Positions 26,700 to 39,282 of a stretch of DNA of 64,000 nucleotides are shown here, in pieces. The notes beneath the pieces are model-generated. The model saw only the letters and a program-made list of their open reading frames with translations, did no database searches and was not told where the DNA came from. Made by a program: the position numbers and the translations under genes. Within the stretch, counting starts at the first letter, position 1; the number at the start of each line of letters is the position of its first letter. Origin of the DNA: Camelus ferus (taxonomy: Eukaryota); NCBI RefSeq assembly GCF_009834535.1, contig NC_045696.1, forward strand, positions 40,798,001-40,862,000. The letters are read 5' to 3'.

Positions 26700-27007
26700 A
26701 TTACATATACAGATGGCAAATAAGCATTTAAAAGGATACTCAACTTCACATGTCATTAGGGAATTACAAATTAAAACAAGAGATATCACTACATACCTCT
26801 TAGAATGGCTAACATCCAAGCATTGACAATACTAAATGCTGACCGTGAAAAGATCAGTGGTTGCCAAGGGTTTTGGGGGGGAAGGGAAGAAAAGATGAAT
26901 AGGTGGAGCCCATGGGAGTTATAGGGGGTCTCTGGGAACTCTCTGTACTTTCCATTCAATTTTTCTGTAAATCTAAAACTTCTCTAAAACAATAAAATGT
27001 ATTAATT
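26700..27007 (+). mobile_element. L1M fragment with internal deletion
   Basis: cagatggcaaataagcat...tagaatggctaa joined directly to the 3'UTR motif gatcagtggttgcc...ctgtaaatctaaaac. Confidence 0.65.
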
Positions 27008-27143
27008 TGCGGGGGTGGGGGTGGGGAGGAGAGCTGTTGACAAGAGGGCTGGTGATGCTTATCTGTGTAAAGATAGGAGCCAGGTAGGGATTTGCATCTT
27101 CTCAATCATGTGGAGCATTTGTGTGTTTGTTAAATGGGAACCA

Positions 27144-27322
27144 AAGTGGGCTTTCTCAAAATGAGTTTCAAGAACCACCTCCATCAGAATCAACTGGGTT
27201 GATTACTAAATGCAGATTCCTGTGCCCGAACTATTGAATCAAATTCTCTTGGAGTGGAACCTAGCAATCTGTACTTAGAACGCTCCAGTGATTCCTTATG
27301 CACTTTAAGGTCTGCGACCCAT
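27144..27322. mobile_element. MER5A-like hAT-Charlie MITE
   Basis: tttctcaaa...catcagaatca...aaatgcagattcctg...gtgattccttatgcacttta. Confidence 0.65.
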
Positions 27323-28894
27323 TCGTGTACACTGTACAAACATATTAAATTGTTGGTCTTCTATTTTATTTTTGTCCACTACATTCTTATCAAATATATG
27401 TTAACAAGCCTGTGAAGAAGGAGGCTGGAGATGGAAAGAGTGGGATGGACACATACAAATTGAGACCAATTTACAACCTGTCTGGAGAAGCTTCTGAGTC
27501 TGTATCAATCAGAAATTACCAGTGGGAGATAGTTCATGAGCTTTGAGTCAAGGAGTCATAAGGGGTTTCCAGGAAGAAATGTAAAAAAAAACCCGCAAAA
27601 ACAAAAAACTGAAGTCCCCCCAACCACACACAAAACCCAAACCAAAACAGAGAAACAATATGAAAGGTGAGCATTTTCCATCATTGGTGTTACTTTCATA
27701 TATTTGTCAGATTGTGGTTTTCTTTCTACTTGAATAAATTACTGTAATTGTAACCTGAGACTGAAGTAATAAAAGTAAATGAAAGAACAGTAGGAGGGAG
27801 AATAGAATATCTTTCTCATTTGTCCCACATATGCTTGTGTAACAAACTAAGGTCCTTTTATGTTTACATATGATTTATTATTGATATTTTAGAACTTGTA
27901 GCCAGATGTGTACCTATCTGTAGCTTTCACTAGTCTGTGGCTATTAAAAGGCTCTTATTTATCTCTGGGTTCTCAGTGTCAGACACGTAGAATGTATTTT
28001 GTAAATATTTGTTTTGTTAATTAAGTAAAACAGCATCTCAGGATAGAGTCACACTCTCCATTAGAAGTGACGTTGTATAGATGAGGGTAACAGAGCAAAA
28101 CCTTGTTGATTTAAAATAAATGGAAGGGAAGACTGACAGGAAGGAAGGTTAGGGTCAGCAGCTGCAAAGAGTAAGGACAGAGATGACAATTGTCTTTAGA
28201 GCTCCCAGAGCTTGAGCATTTTTGCCAGATCACAGAATAGACCCATGATTGGGTCTGCTAATAATTATAGCCATTGTTAAGTACAGGCTTCTCCCTTCCT
28301 CTCCTCTATCCAATGTTGCTCTTATTCTCAGAAAGAAACTGATAGAATTTCTCAAAAGAGCCCACAAAGTCAGATGTAGTGAAGTCAGGCTGTGGACGTA
28401 GAAGAAATAGGATGAATTCTGGTTTTAGTGTTTGGGTGACTAAGTTTGCACAGGAATGTGATTTGCATTTTAAGTGAGTGTGTTTGCTGCCTGCTAAATT
28501 TTCCCAGCCTGTGGTATAGAGTTGAGCTCCTCTAGGTTTTTACAAACTGGGAGGAATTAGTCTCTGTTGTCTGTAGAACTAAAGGATGTCATTAGCATTT
28601 CTGAGAAACACTCTAGTAAAATTAGGAAAATTTAATTCAGTTTGGTTATTGGGCTTGTTTTTATTTGGATGAACAAAGGCATAACTTAATTAAGGCTGCC
28701 CCAGAGGGTAGCAGCAGTTTGAAGAGAAGCTGTGAGCAGTTAAGTGGCATTCATAGTATTACCTTCGACTCACCTTAAATTACTTTGGAACAAGACAAAC
28801 TAGTAAAATAAAATTATGAAGCATCTTGCATTTGAAGGAGATTTATGTTTTTTGAAATTATTTTATGTATATTAAATCTCAACAGAGAAAATCC

Positions 28895-29515
28895 CAAGTG
28901 TTGGAGATGTGCAGCAACCAGATATCTCATCCATTACTTGTGGGATTGTCAACCAGATCAACTATTTTGAACAACTGTTTGGCAGTATTTGCTAAAGCCA
29001 AACATACGTACAAGCTATGACCAAGAAATCTCAATTCTAGGTGTATACCCAGCAGAAATGAATATATCTGTTCTCCCATTCATAAAGCCAGAAGCAAACA
29101 CTATCCTAATGCCCATCAACAGAGAAATGTATAAATAAATCATGGTACTTTCATAAAACTGAATACCATACAGCAAGGAAAAGGAATGGTCCATAAACTG
29201 CACACAGTAGGGATGAATCTCATAAACATAATGTTGAGTGAAACAACTCGGGCATAAAAGAGTACATCCCATGTGAGTCCTTTTATATAAAGTTCAAGCA
29301 TAAGCAAAAGTCTATAGCATTAGAAATCAGGATAGTGAATGCTCTTGGCAGGGAGTAGTGACTTGAAGGGATGTGAGTGATATTTCTAGGGTATGGGGAC
29401 ATTCTGCTTCATGTCTTGCATGTTTATTACATGAGCATACTCGGTAAAAATGTATCAAGCTGTACACTTTCAAAATGTACGATTTTCTCTATAGTATATT
29501 CTAACATTTTGTTTT
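28895..29515 (+). mobile_element. Old L1M 3' fragment
   Basis: ccaagtgttggagatgtgcagcaac...gatgaatctcataaacataatgttgagtgaaa...gaaatcaggatagt. Confidence 0.7.
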
Positions 29516-29755
29516 TAATCTCAATAGATGCACAAATCCTAGGAAGTTGTCGAGGAAGCTATTATTATATCTCTATTTTGTAATTGAAAAAAATGAGGTA
29601 AAGAGAAGATAAATGACTTTTTCAAAGTACCTAAGTTACTTTTGACATTATTGATCAGGGCTAAAGCAGTGCTTTTTCATTGTATTGAAGGTGAAGAAAT
29701 ATTGTGCCTTGTCTTAATTGTGTTTTTTTTCCTCTTTGTAGGAAGTAATGCTTTA

Positions 29756-29851
29756 CTTATTTATTTATTTTAGAGGGGGTACTGGGGATTGAACTTGGGA
29801 CCTCGTGCTTGCTAAGCAGGCGCTCTACTGCTTGAGCTACACCCTCCCCTC
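29756..29851 (-). mobile_element. tRNA(Ala)-derived SINE (camelid Vic-1-like)
   Basis: Minus strand GGGGAGGGTGTAGCTCAAGCAGTAGAGCGCCTGCTTAGCAAGCACGAGGTCCCAAGTTCAATCCCCAGTACCCC plus (TAAA)n tail. A and B boxes present. 15-bp TSD GGAAGTAAT(G/A)CTTTA at 29741 and 29852. Confidence 0.85.
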
Positions 29852-30944
29852 GGAAGTAATACTTTAGAAATATACATTACTAGTTATATACCAACATCTC
29901 ATATACCCCAAGATGGGGGTAGAAAGAATGGAGTAAAGGTGTATTTCACGTCTCTTAGTAGAAGTAAATACAGAGTATGTAGAAGTTTATTATTCTGACT
30001 TTACCGAAAGAGATGACCATCTACAATCATTCACTAGGAAATTTTTATTCTAAATAAAACCAAAAATACCAAACCAAATAACCAATCACATCTTTGGGTA
30101 AAAATTTTTATATATACAAAATTGTATACCTAAAGCCCTCATTTTTCATGTGAGGAAAACAGTGAGAACTAAGATAACTTACGTGGAATTATCTACCAGG
30201 GCTAATACAAATATAAAGAAAAGATGATTTCCTTCACAACTAGTCTTGGTATAAATTAACTCAGACAAATTTTACAATCACACAAAGGAGTGAGAGAGAG
30301 AGTAGTAAAGAAATGGCCAGGAAAGCCAACAATCTTACACTGAATGTCCTCTTAAGCATTGTAATGTTAAAGTAAAATGTTAATTTGAAAATGGAATTAT
30401 AATTTATAAACAAACCCCCAATAGATGAGACTACTCTTCTCCTTTGTTAGTTTTAATTTTAAAGTTATCACATGACAGAGTTTATGCATTTTATTCTTTG
30501 GAATGTTTCTTTTCTTACTGGAAAGCCAGTAAATAAGTAAGGTCATCTCAAGATCTTTTTGAAAAAATTTAGACAACTAAAATCTCATTTTTTAGCAAAA
30601 TAACTATTTTCATATTATCTTCCAGATGATTAAGTATATTTACATCACAGTAATCCTAAAGTGTGTACTTTCTTTCTTTTAAAATAACAATAGCAATATT
30701 ATACATGCTGTTTGAAATATTTTCAAGTAACAGAAGTATATAAAGCAAAAGTTCTGTTCCTTTTCACTCCCACTCAGGAGTAAGCACTGTTCACACATCC
30801 ACCTTTGTTTCTTGTGTACTCATACATACACACCTACTATTTTCTCTTGTGTTACTACCACTTAACATTTGGTTGTAAACATTTTCCCATGTTTCTGCAA
30901 AACTGCCATTGTAAAGGCTCCGTAGCATTCCTTTCTGTGGATGT

Positions 30945-31430
30945 AGTAATCAGGGCTCTTAACTGTAAGTGACAGAAAGCCACTTAGACTAGCTTAACAA
31001 AAATAGAGACTTAACGGCTTGTGTAACTGGAGAGGACATGAGTGGAAGCGATGTTAGGTGTGACTGGACCCAGGTCTCAAATTATGTTTTCAGGAATGTG
31101 CCAGCTAAGTCTCTGCCTCTCTTCATCTCTTGTGTCTGCTCATGTATTGGCCTTACTCGGTTTTGCTGCAGCCAGGCTGCATGTGGCTGGCAACATGGAG
31201 CTGTATTTTTCCAGTCCTTGACCGTAAAAGCAAGAGGATGTCTTCCTAACTAATTCTAAAGGAAAATTCCTAGGAAAGAACCTGAATCAGTTCATCCCTA
31301 AACCAGTCACAGTGTACTGTGGAGACGGGACAATCTGACTGGTCACCTCGGGTCATGTGCCTATCCTTATGTTCAAGAGGGATGAAGGAGGTGAGAGGGA
31401 AGGAACACGTTGGGCAGCAAGAAATCATAC
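30945..31430 (-). mobile_element. MLT1-type LTR nested in an old L1ME-like fragment (about 30680-31650)
   Basis: ctgtaagtgacagaaagccacttagactagcttaa...ctgactggtcacctcgggtcatgtgcctatcc. Confidence 0.55.
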
Positions 31431-34400
31431 CTTTCATACTGTATCCGGGGCTTTGAGACTTGTCAGTATTTTGCTTGTGATTGATCACCTTGAGAATATC
31501 TTCAAGGGGGTTGCTCCTATGGGATTTTTTCTTTATGAAAAATCCCTTGGAGTGGAATTCCTGAATCAAAGAGCATCACGCAGACATTCCTCTGGTTCTT
31601 GCTATGTGTTGCCTTATTGTTTTCCAAAAGGATGTTGTCAAAGAAACAGCTTATAAACAATGAGGGTCTATTAAAATTTTAAAGTCCATTTATTAATTCA
31701 ACAAATATGTGTTCAGCTATGTGCCAGGCAGTATATTTATCCACATGTCACACAGTTAGGGAGTCAGAAGTGTCTAAGTTCAAACCCATCTGAGTGATCT
31801 GTCTACATTATAGCAAGAAGAGTACAAGTCAGGAGACAGTAAATTCTTTTCAGAAGTCATTGTGGATCCTTGTGGGTGGGCAAATGGTCTTGAAGTGGAT
31901 CTATCAATGATGAACTTTCCTAAAATGGTTTCAGCCATTTTAAGTTACCCACATGATTCCTTTTCGTTCAAAACTGTATTCAAATTAACTTTACAGACAC
32001 AATATAAATTGTAGTCTGAGTCATCGTCACCCACTACCTAGCTTCTTCATTTCCCTAAGCTTTGGTTTGTTCATTTCTGACTGAGAATATCTGCCATGCT
32101 CTCTCCTCAGGGCCACTGAGGGGATCAAAGATGGAGAATGAGGAGTCAAGGAGACTAAATGTTTAAGGAGTGATGAGAAGGTTTAGAGGAGCCACTGAGG
32201 TGAATGTGATATGAAATTTAAAAACTGAAAAAGTAATTTGTTAAACTATCATGTCAAGCATGATATGAATGTAGGATTATGATTGGCAGAGGTCAGCTTT
32301 TTATGTATAAATATGACACAAAATTATAATATGAAGCTGGGTTTTGAAAATCTGTCACCATCTTTGCAAAGAAAAAAGGAAAAAAAATTCTGAACATGCC
32401 TCTTCCTTTTAGAAGCTCTTGCTAGATTATGACCATTTTATTACATATGTAGATGGAATGATGAGTTAATAAAAACAAGTGGATGAATTCACATAGAGTT
32501 GCTAACTTCCCTTCAGATTTGAGTTAAATTAATGGGCAAGAATTTATCATGTAAGGCATGAATAACAGGGCATGTGAATTGTATTTAGGCTTTAGGATTG
32601 ACTAAACTTTTTCAGGGTTAGAGCCATAGATTTTTTTCCTCATGACTGAAAGCAACCTTAGAGATCATTTAATTCAAGGCCCTCATTTTATAGACTATTT
32701 TTGTTTCATTGCTTTAGGAGAAACTTTCAATGCACGCTTCCATCTGGTTAATACCCATCTATTTCAAAAAGACATGTTGTGGCTATTTTTGAAAGGTATT
32801 TAACTAGGGAAACCATTAGAACTATTATGGAGAGGTCCAGATTGTTTAGGAAAACATTTTCATCATGGAATCATAAGATTTAAAAATAGTTGGCATTTAC
32901 ACTAAAAGGTTTATAAAATGCTTTATGAATAAAGGCCTCATTAATCTCTAAGATGCATTCACAGTTGTTTGGTTCCATTATAAGTAGTGGTGGGAATGGA
33001 AATTCTAGACTCTCATCTCTGTTGTTGTTCAATATCCAGTTTAAAGATTTACATACTTTTGGGATCCACCAGCTGTCTAGAAGCTTCTTCTGGGTGTTTG
33101 CCACACCATGTACACTGTTATCAAATGGTATCAGTTGATGAAAAGCCAAACTATGGCAGAAAGAAAGATTAATTAAGAGCTTAATTACAATTTTCTGCTA
33201 AGTGACATTGTTTAACTCATTCTTTATAATTTCGTCACCAGTGTCGGCATATGCAAATATTGGCTAATCTTATTTTCATGGTAAGAAACAGAAGGCTTAT
33301 TGAATTCATATGGCTCCCAAATGATACCCAAACATCAACCAAATCATGGATGACCTCAGGTCAAGGTAAAGAAACGGTTACAGTCAGATTTCCGAAGAGG
33401 AAACAGAAAATTCATGAGCTGGCCAATTATCCTTCCCATGATGTTAGGTACCTTCTTTAGAAGTAAATAAAGCAAGTGACAGCTATAATTTCTGTCACTG
33501 TTTTTATTGAAGTATGGCACAGAGGGTCATTTTCCTTTAATTCAAATTTGGTCATTAAATTGCTGTGAGGCCTTGAGCAGCTGACAACACTTACTACAGA
33601 CAGAGCCACGAGACATGGCACAAGGTGTACAGGCTTTGGTGTTGAACAGCTTGAGTGTGAGTCTTAACACTGACCCCTCATTTGTGGTTCTGTCGCTTGA
33701 TGATCCCTCACCTGACTTTTACTGAGCATCGTCTGTGTGTCAGGCATCGCCTGGGAAGTGTAGCTACAAAGCTACAGAAATGAATCAGACATGATATTTG
33801 CCTTCAAGGAACTTACATTTAGTGGTAAGAGATAGGTAACAAATAAGTCTATAAATAGGACTATTAAAACCTACAAAATGGGAGTCCTTTGAGGACTGAG
33901 ATGACATATACAAAATACTTGACATTGTCCCTAGCCTGCAACAGGCAGGTAACAAAACAAATTTAGTTGTTCTTCTTCATTCAATTATTTATTCATTCAA
34001 CAATTTTTTTTCAGTGCCAAATAAGTTTATGGCACTGTTCTGGTTATTGAACAAGTCAGGGTTGTCCAAGTTACAGCCCTGCCCTCAAGAATTACCATAT
34101 AAAAGGTGGAGGGAGAAGAACGGAAGTGAGTATCCAAGCACATGGATACCTCCTACACAAGGCAGAACTGGATAAATGTCCATTATCTCTTATAAATTAG
34201 ACACAATGTAAGTGGAACAGGGAGACAATAAGAACTGGATAAAAGGGTTGCTACAGTAAATGTGCTGATGAAACTGGCTGTCATTTAGACAGTAGATTTA
34301 CATGAATTTTTCCAGTAAGATTCATCACTCAAGTTTCAGAGGAAAGAAGACTGTGGGGTGACTCAGAACTAGACATCAGTCTGACAAGCATGAGAAACAA

Positions 34401-34682
34401 AGGATCAAGAGGAGCAGGAGGAGGCAACATTAAAATGCCAGACCCTGAGTCCAAGCTGGGGAACCTTGCTAGACAGGCCAGGAAATCAGGAGGGGACTGT
34501 CAAGATAGGGATAGAAGGATGGGGGTCACGGAGCGTGGGAGGAGCATGTTCAGGGCTCAGAGAGGGAGTGGACAGTATCAAAGGACAGAAGTTTGTGGTC
34601 AGAGAAAGGGAACTCATAATCTTCACATATAACTTACAACTGTCTCAAGTGGTGGCCCCAAGTAGAGTCATATTAGGGGCCA

Positions 34683-35088
34683 GTGTGGCAGACGGGAGAG
34701 ACACCACTCATGTCCTCCTTTTCAAGAAAGGACTTGCTACTCAGCTTCTAGAACTGAAATTAGCTGACGGCCTCCAGCTGTTATCTCCTTCAATACCTGC
34801 TCTGTATCACAGCTGAGGTCACACTCTTCATCGGGTGGCCCCCAACCAACTGGCTGAGCAAGGCAGTGGTACAAGGAACTGGCTATTCCATCCAACACGG
34901 ACTCCTTGACCTGGCCATCGCAGCTCTGTGCTGCCTGTTGGGCTGGCAGAGAAAGCAGCGTGGTCTAACCCCTCTCCTGCTCCACCCTCCTTACTCCTCT
35001 TTTATTTTACGGTGTCACTCCCACAGAAAACCTTTTGTACTCCTGACTTCATTGCACCATCTGTTTCCAAAAGAACCCACCTATAGAA
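34683..35088 (+). mobile_element. ERVL LTR16-like solo LTR
   Basis: agctgacggcctccagctg...gctgaggtcacactcttc...ctgtttccaaaagaacccacct. Confidence 0.6.
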
Positions 35089-36301
35089 TGTTAAGTCTTG
35101 TCAATACGTTACCTTGTTTTTATCCTAACAATAACTGAGGTGGTAGAGATAGTAAGAATACCTGTGCTTCGCTTTACAAAAGGAAAAGCTGAAACCCAGA
35201 ACACTTCAGTAACCTGACCGTGTTGCACAGCTAGGTTGGTCCAAAGCTGGATTAGGAACCTTCCTTCGAATCTTTTCTAAACCTGGTGCTGTTTACCGAG
35301 GGGATGCTAAGAGGAATAATGACTGGCAACAAAAAGCGCTAAAGAAAGTCACAATTGGGTATCTGACAAGCTTCGTAGAATTAGCATGAGGTTGAAAAAT
35401 AAAATATCATAGTCAAAAAGCAATCCCACACTTAAAGTAGAACATTTTGATTAAAGAGAACTGTAAATTATAAAAAAATTTATTTGCATCCCACTTCCAT
35501 TTTAAGGGTTCCTTTTGTGAATGTTTAGTACCATTGTAACGTTAATGAGTATTTCAGCCGTTACTTTGCCACCAGTGAATCAGACCAGAATCAAGTAACT
35601 TCCACATCTAAGAGAAATAACACAATCCCCTTTTGAAATCATTCTAGCTTTTTTTTTAAACCATAAACAAGGTAATTTACAAATAACTGTTTCTTTATAT
35701 AAACCTCCTGATCATTCTTCTTTCTTTCCTTCCTTCTCCTTCAGCATTTTGAAATAATACAACACAAAAACAAATTCTTGATCATTAAATAAAATTTGAT
35801 AAATACAGAAAGGTATACAGATGACAGTAAACATCACCCATAATGCCCCTGCTGTTAGTATTTTGGCTTTAGATCTTTTAGTCTTCGACCAGTGTGTGCG
35901 CATATGTACATTCATACCCTTACCCTAACTCTAACACCACACCATGCTCCACCCCGGGGTCTGGAAGTCATGACTGTACTTCAGCCCAGGGAGCAGATGC
36001 AGATCGAAAGCCCCTCATACTGACAGGTCTTGAAGTCACCAAAATCCACCTATTACTCCCGACATGAATTAACACTGTGAAACTTCTTAAATCTCTCCCC
36101 AGATCTCACAGTTAGATGCCAACTTAGTTCCTCCACTTTTATTTTTGTTGCTAAATCCTTGGATACTACCATTGTAGTCCTTGATTGAAGGAGAAGCATC
36201 TAAAAGGTGACTCTTGCCAATGAAGAAAGTAACACTGTTGGGAAAATATCCTGAACATTAAGGTCAAGTTCTGAAGCCAAGTTGAATCAGATTGCATTCT
36301 T

Positions 36302-36496
36302 TTATACACACGCACACGCATTTTTTTCTGATTCTTTTCCATTATAGGTTGTTACAAGATATTGAATATAGTTCCCTGTGCTATACAGTACATCCTTGTT
36401 GTTTATTTTATATATAGTGATGTATATCTGTTAATCCCATGCTCTTAATTTATCCCCCCTCCTTTCCCTTTAGTAACCATAAGTTGGTTTTCTATT
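36302..36496 (-). mobile_element. L1 3' end fragment
   Basis: ttccattataggttgttacaagatattgaatatagttccctgtgctatacagta. TSD AGA(T/C)TGCATTCTT at 36289 and 36497. Confidence 0.8.
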
Positions 36497-37068
36497 AGAC
36501 TGCATTCTTGAAATGAACCTGGACCAGAATGAACCTCTTGGAAACATCAGGACAAATCAGCTGTAGGGAGCAAGGCTTTGAACAAAAACCATGTCTGGGT
36601 GACCCTGTCCAGTGGCGACTCATCACAGGATAGAATCTCATTTGCTTGACGTTCAATGCTGGGACAGTGCTTCTCTCCTGGAAGTTACTCTGGCAGTGGA
36701 ATGTGACTGGGAGAACTGAATACTTGCTAAGGTAATATCACGTGCTTTTGTGTCACACAGGCATGTGTGTCTGGACAATGTTATAAATGTAGCTAAGCCA
36801 CAGGAAACAGTTTTCCCTATAATCTTCAAAAATTTGAGATGATAAAAAGGAGAGGATTATGAAATCAGAAGTACATTAGTGAAAGTAGCTGATAAAATGC
36901 AACAGGCACCCACAGATTCAAAGGCTTTTCTTGATGAAAGAAGGCCCAAGCAGACTTCCTAAAACTGCACTATTTCCTGAGCCACACCTAGCATGTCCCT
37001 GAGTCTTCTAAGGGACAAAAGGAGCCTGGCAGCCAACACAGTCTAACCACCCCCATCAGAGTTACACG

Positions 37069-37100
37069 AGCGCCACCTAGTGTCACTTTTTAATGCTGCA
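37069..37100 (-). promoter_or_regulatory. CTCF binding site with upstream motif
   Basis: Minus strand reads TGCAGCATT-AAAAAG-TGACACTAGGTGGCGCT: core xCACTAGGTGGCGC plus the TGCAG upstream module. Confidence 0.7.
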
Positions 37101-38991
37101 GGGGGTCTGGATCGACCATATAGTTCAGTTTACCTCATCTGAGGAAACCCAGGCCCTGAGAGTTGCAGTGACTGAAACGGGCCATGTCTATCTAGTTAGT
37201 GGCTGAGCCGGGACTAGGAATCAGACGTCCTGCTTCAGACAGGACAACTGGTGATAACCTCTGGAGTTTTGGAGTCAGGAGTCCTGGTAGCTAGACTATA
37301 CCAAGAATAAAGTTTAAACCCTTCAAGGCCTCAGGTGCCCCATGCATTAAACTCCTGAAGTAATATTTGCTTGTCCTTAAAGTCTTTGAGACGCCTGGGT
37401 GACAGAGAACAGGGTATGAGTTAGTATAGGCCCCATGGGCATTTAACCCGTTCCTGTCTGCCATGAACACCTGTCCCTCATACAGCTGTTCAAGTGATCA
37501 GATTTTTTCCTAGAAGCAAATGCTCTGGACCGAAGTCATCAGTCTTAACTCAGGGTGATAGTGAAGCTATGTCGCCTTTTACGCTTTCTGCCTTCAACAT
37601 CAACCTTTGTGAGCAAAGCAAGTCTGACACTGAGAGACCAGTGCCATTAGAACCACCAGGCTTTGATTTCCAGAAGTCACATATTCTCCAGTTCTCCAAG
37701 TAGTGTCTGCTTCAAGCTTAATCTCGGCCAGCGGTACTTAATGCTGCCTGCACGTGAGCATCACTCAAGGAACTTTTAGAACACTCCTGTGCTTGGTTGA
37801 CCCTAGACCAGCAGAGTCAGGATCCCAGGGGGTTAATTCCCACCTTGCTTTCTTGATTTTCTTTTCTTTTTTTAAAACTCCTCAGGTTATCCCGATGCTC
37901 AGGAGACTGAAAATCACAGTGATAGGCTGAATTTATACTGAATAAGAGAGTAAGAGAGGTGAAAGTAGGAAAGGTGGGAGGTAGATAAGGTCCCTCCACC
38001 CAGGGTCTAGAACAGAACTTAGTACATGCTAAGGTGCTCAGTAAATGGTGGTAGAAAGGAACTTGTCCAAAGGGAAATGGTACAATGATACTGAAGGAGT
38101 GCACAGTCTTCTAATGATTTCAGGATTCAAGAAACCTCTAAGAAGAACCACAAGTAAACATAAAAGTAGGAGAAGCAGGTAGACAAGACAGTATAGATCA
38201 AAGAAAGATTTCAAAACAAGAATACCATTCAAGCCTACATCACTCTCTGCCTTCCTTCTCCCTTCCCATTTTAAATTTCTTGTTTCCTCATTTAATCACA
38301 TGTAGTGTATCTAAAGACATATATATCAAAGAGGCCTGACATATTCTGAAATGCTGCCCTGTCACTTCCCGGAGGAAGTGACCACTGAGCTGAGATAAGA
38401 AGTAAGGGCAAGGTGTATATATGTCAGAGTCTGGGTGTGTTTGGGGTGGGGGATTTTTTTCAGGGCAGAAACAGCATATGCAAAGGCCCTGTGCTCAAAG
38501 GCTTATTCAAGGAACACAGAGGAGGCCAGTGTGAGGGGGAGGGAAGGTGCTATAAAAGGCGACTAGAATGTTCAGGAGGTGCCAAACCAGGCAGGGCCTT
38601 GTCCACTTGTTTTCATATACATATACACCACGTACTGCTTCCACACACTAAGTCCATCGCTTGTTTTCCTGCCTTGCTTTGACCTACTTTTATGATCTCA
38701 CCTCTAGTACCAGTGACTGAATGACCTCCTTAAGAAAGTCTGTAAGTGGTTTTCCTAAAATTCCAAACTTTTATTCTTATTACAAACATAATACATGCTC
38801 AGTGGAAAAAATTCTAACAACTGTAGATGAAGAAGGTGAATGTCTCCTCAAGTCCTACCCACCAAAAACTACCAGGGTTAACAATTCCATGTATTCTTTT
38901 AGACCTTTCTATATGTGCATGTCCAAACATGTATATCAATTTTTTTGAAAGTACAATTATGCTAGACACACCTTTTTGCAACTTGCTTTTT

Positions 38992-39282
38992 TCAATTCAT
39001 TTCATTTTTTTTAAATGAATAAAATGGATGACACAATTCCTAGCGGGTAGAGAAGTGACCTGCAGGTTTTTAAGGCCAGGTAGGACCAAAACATACACCA
39101 ATGAACTATTCTATTAGTCGAGGGGTGGGGTGGGATGTTTAAGAGGTTTTTTTAAAATTATAAATTTTTTCAGCTTTACTGAGGTATAAATGACAAAACT
39201 GAAAGATATTTAAAGTATACATGGTGATGATTTGATATACATATACATTATGAAAGGATTCTTCCCATTTAGTTAACACGTC
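38992..39282 (-). mobile_element. Truncated L1 3' end with extra 3' sequence, inserted in an older L1M (about 38760-39630)
   Basis: Perfect 15-bp TSD TGCAACTTGCTTTTT at 38977 and 39283. L1-like part is only about 39165-39282. Confidence 0.7.

Noticed and set aside
29770..29850. Possible tRNA-Ala gene
   Set aside because: The A-rich tail and TSD, with no matching acceptor stem, indicate a SINE.
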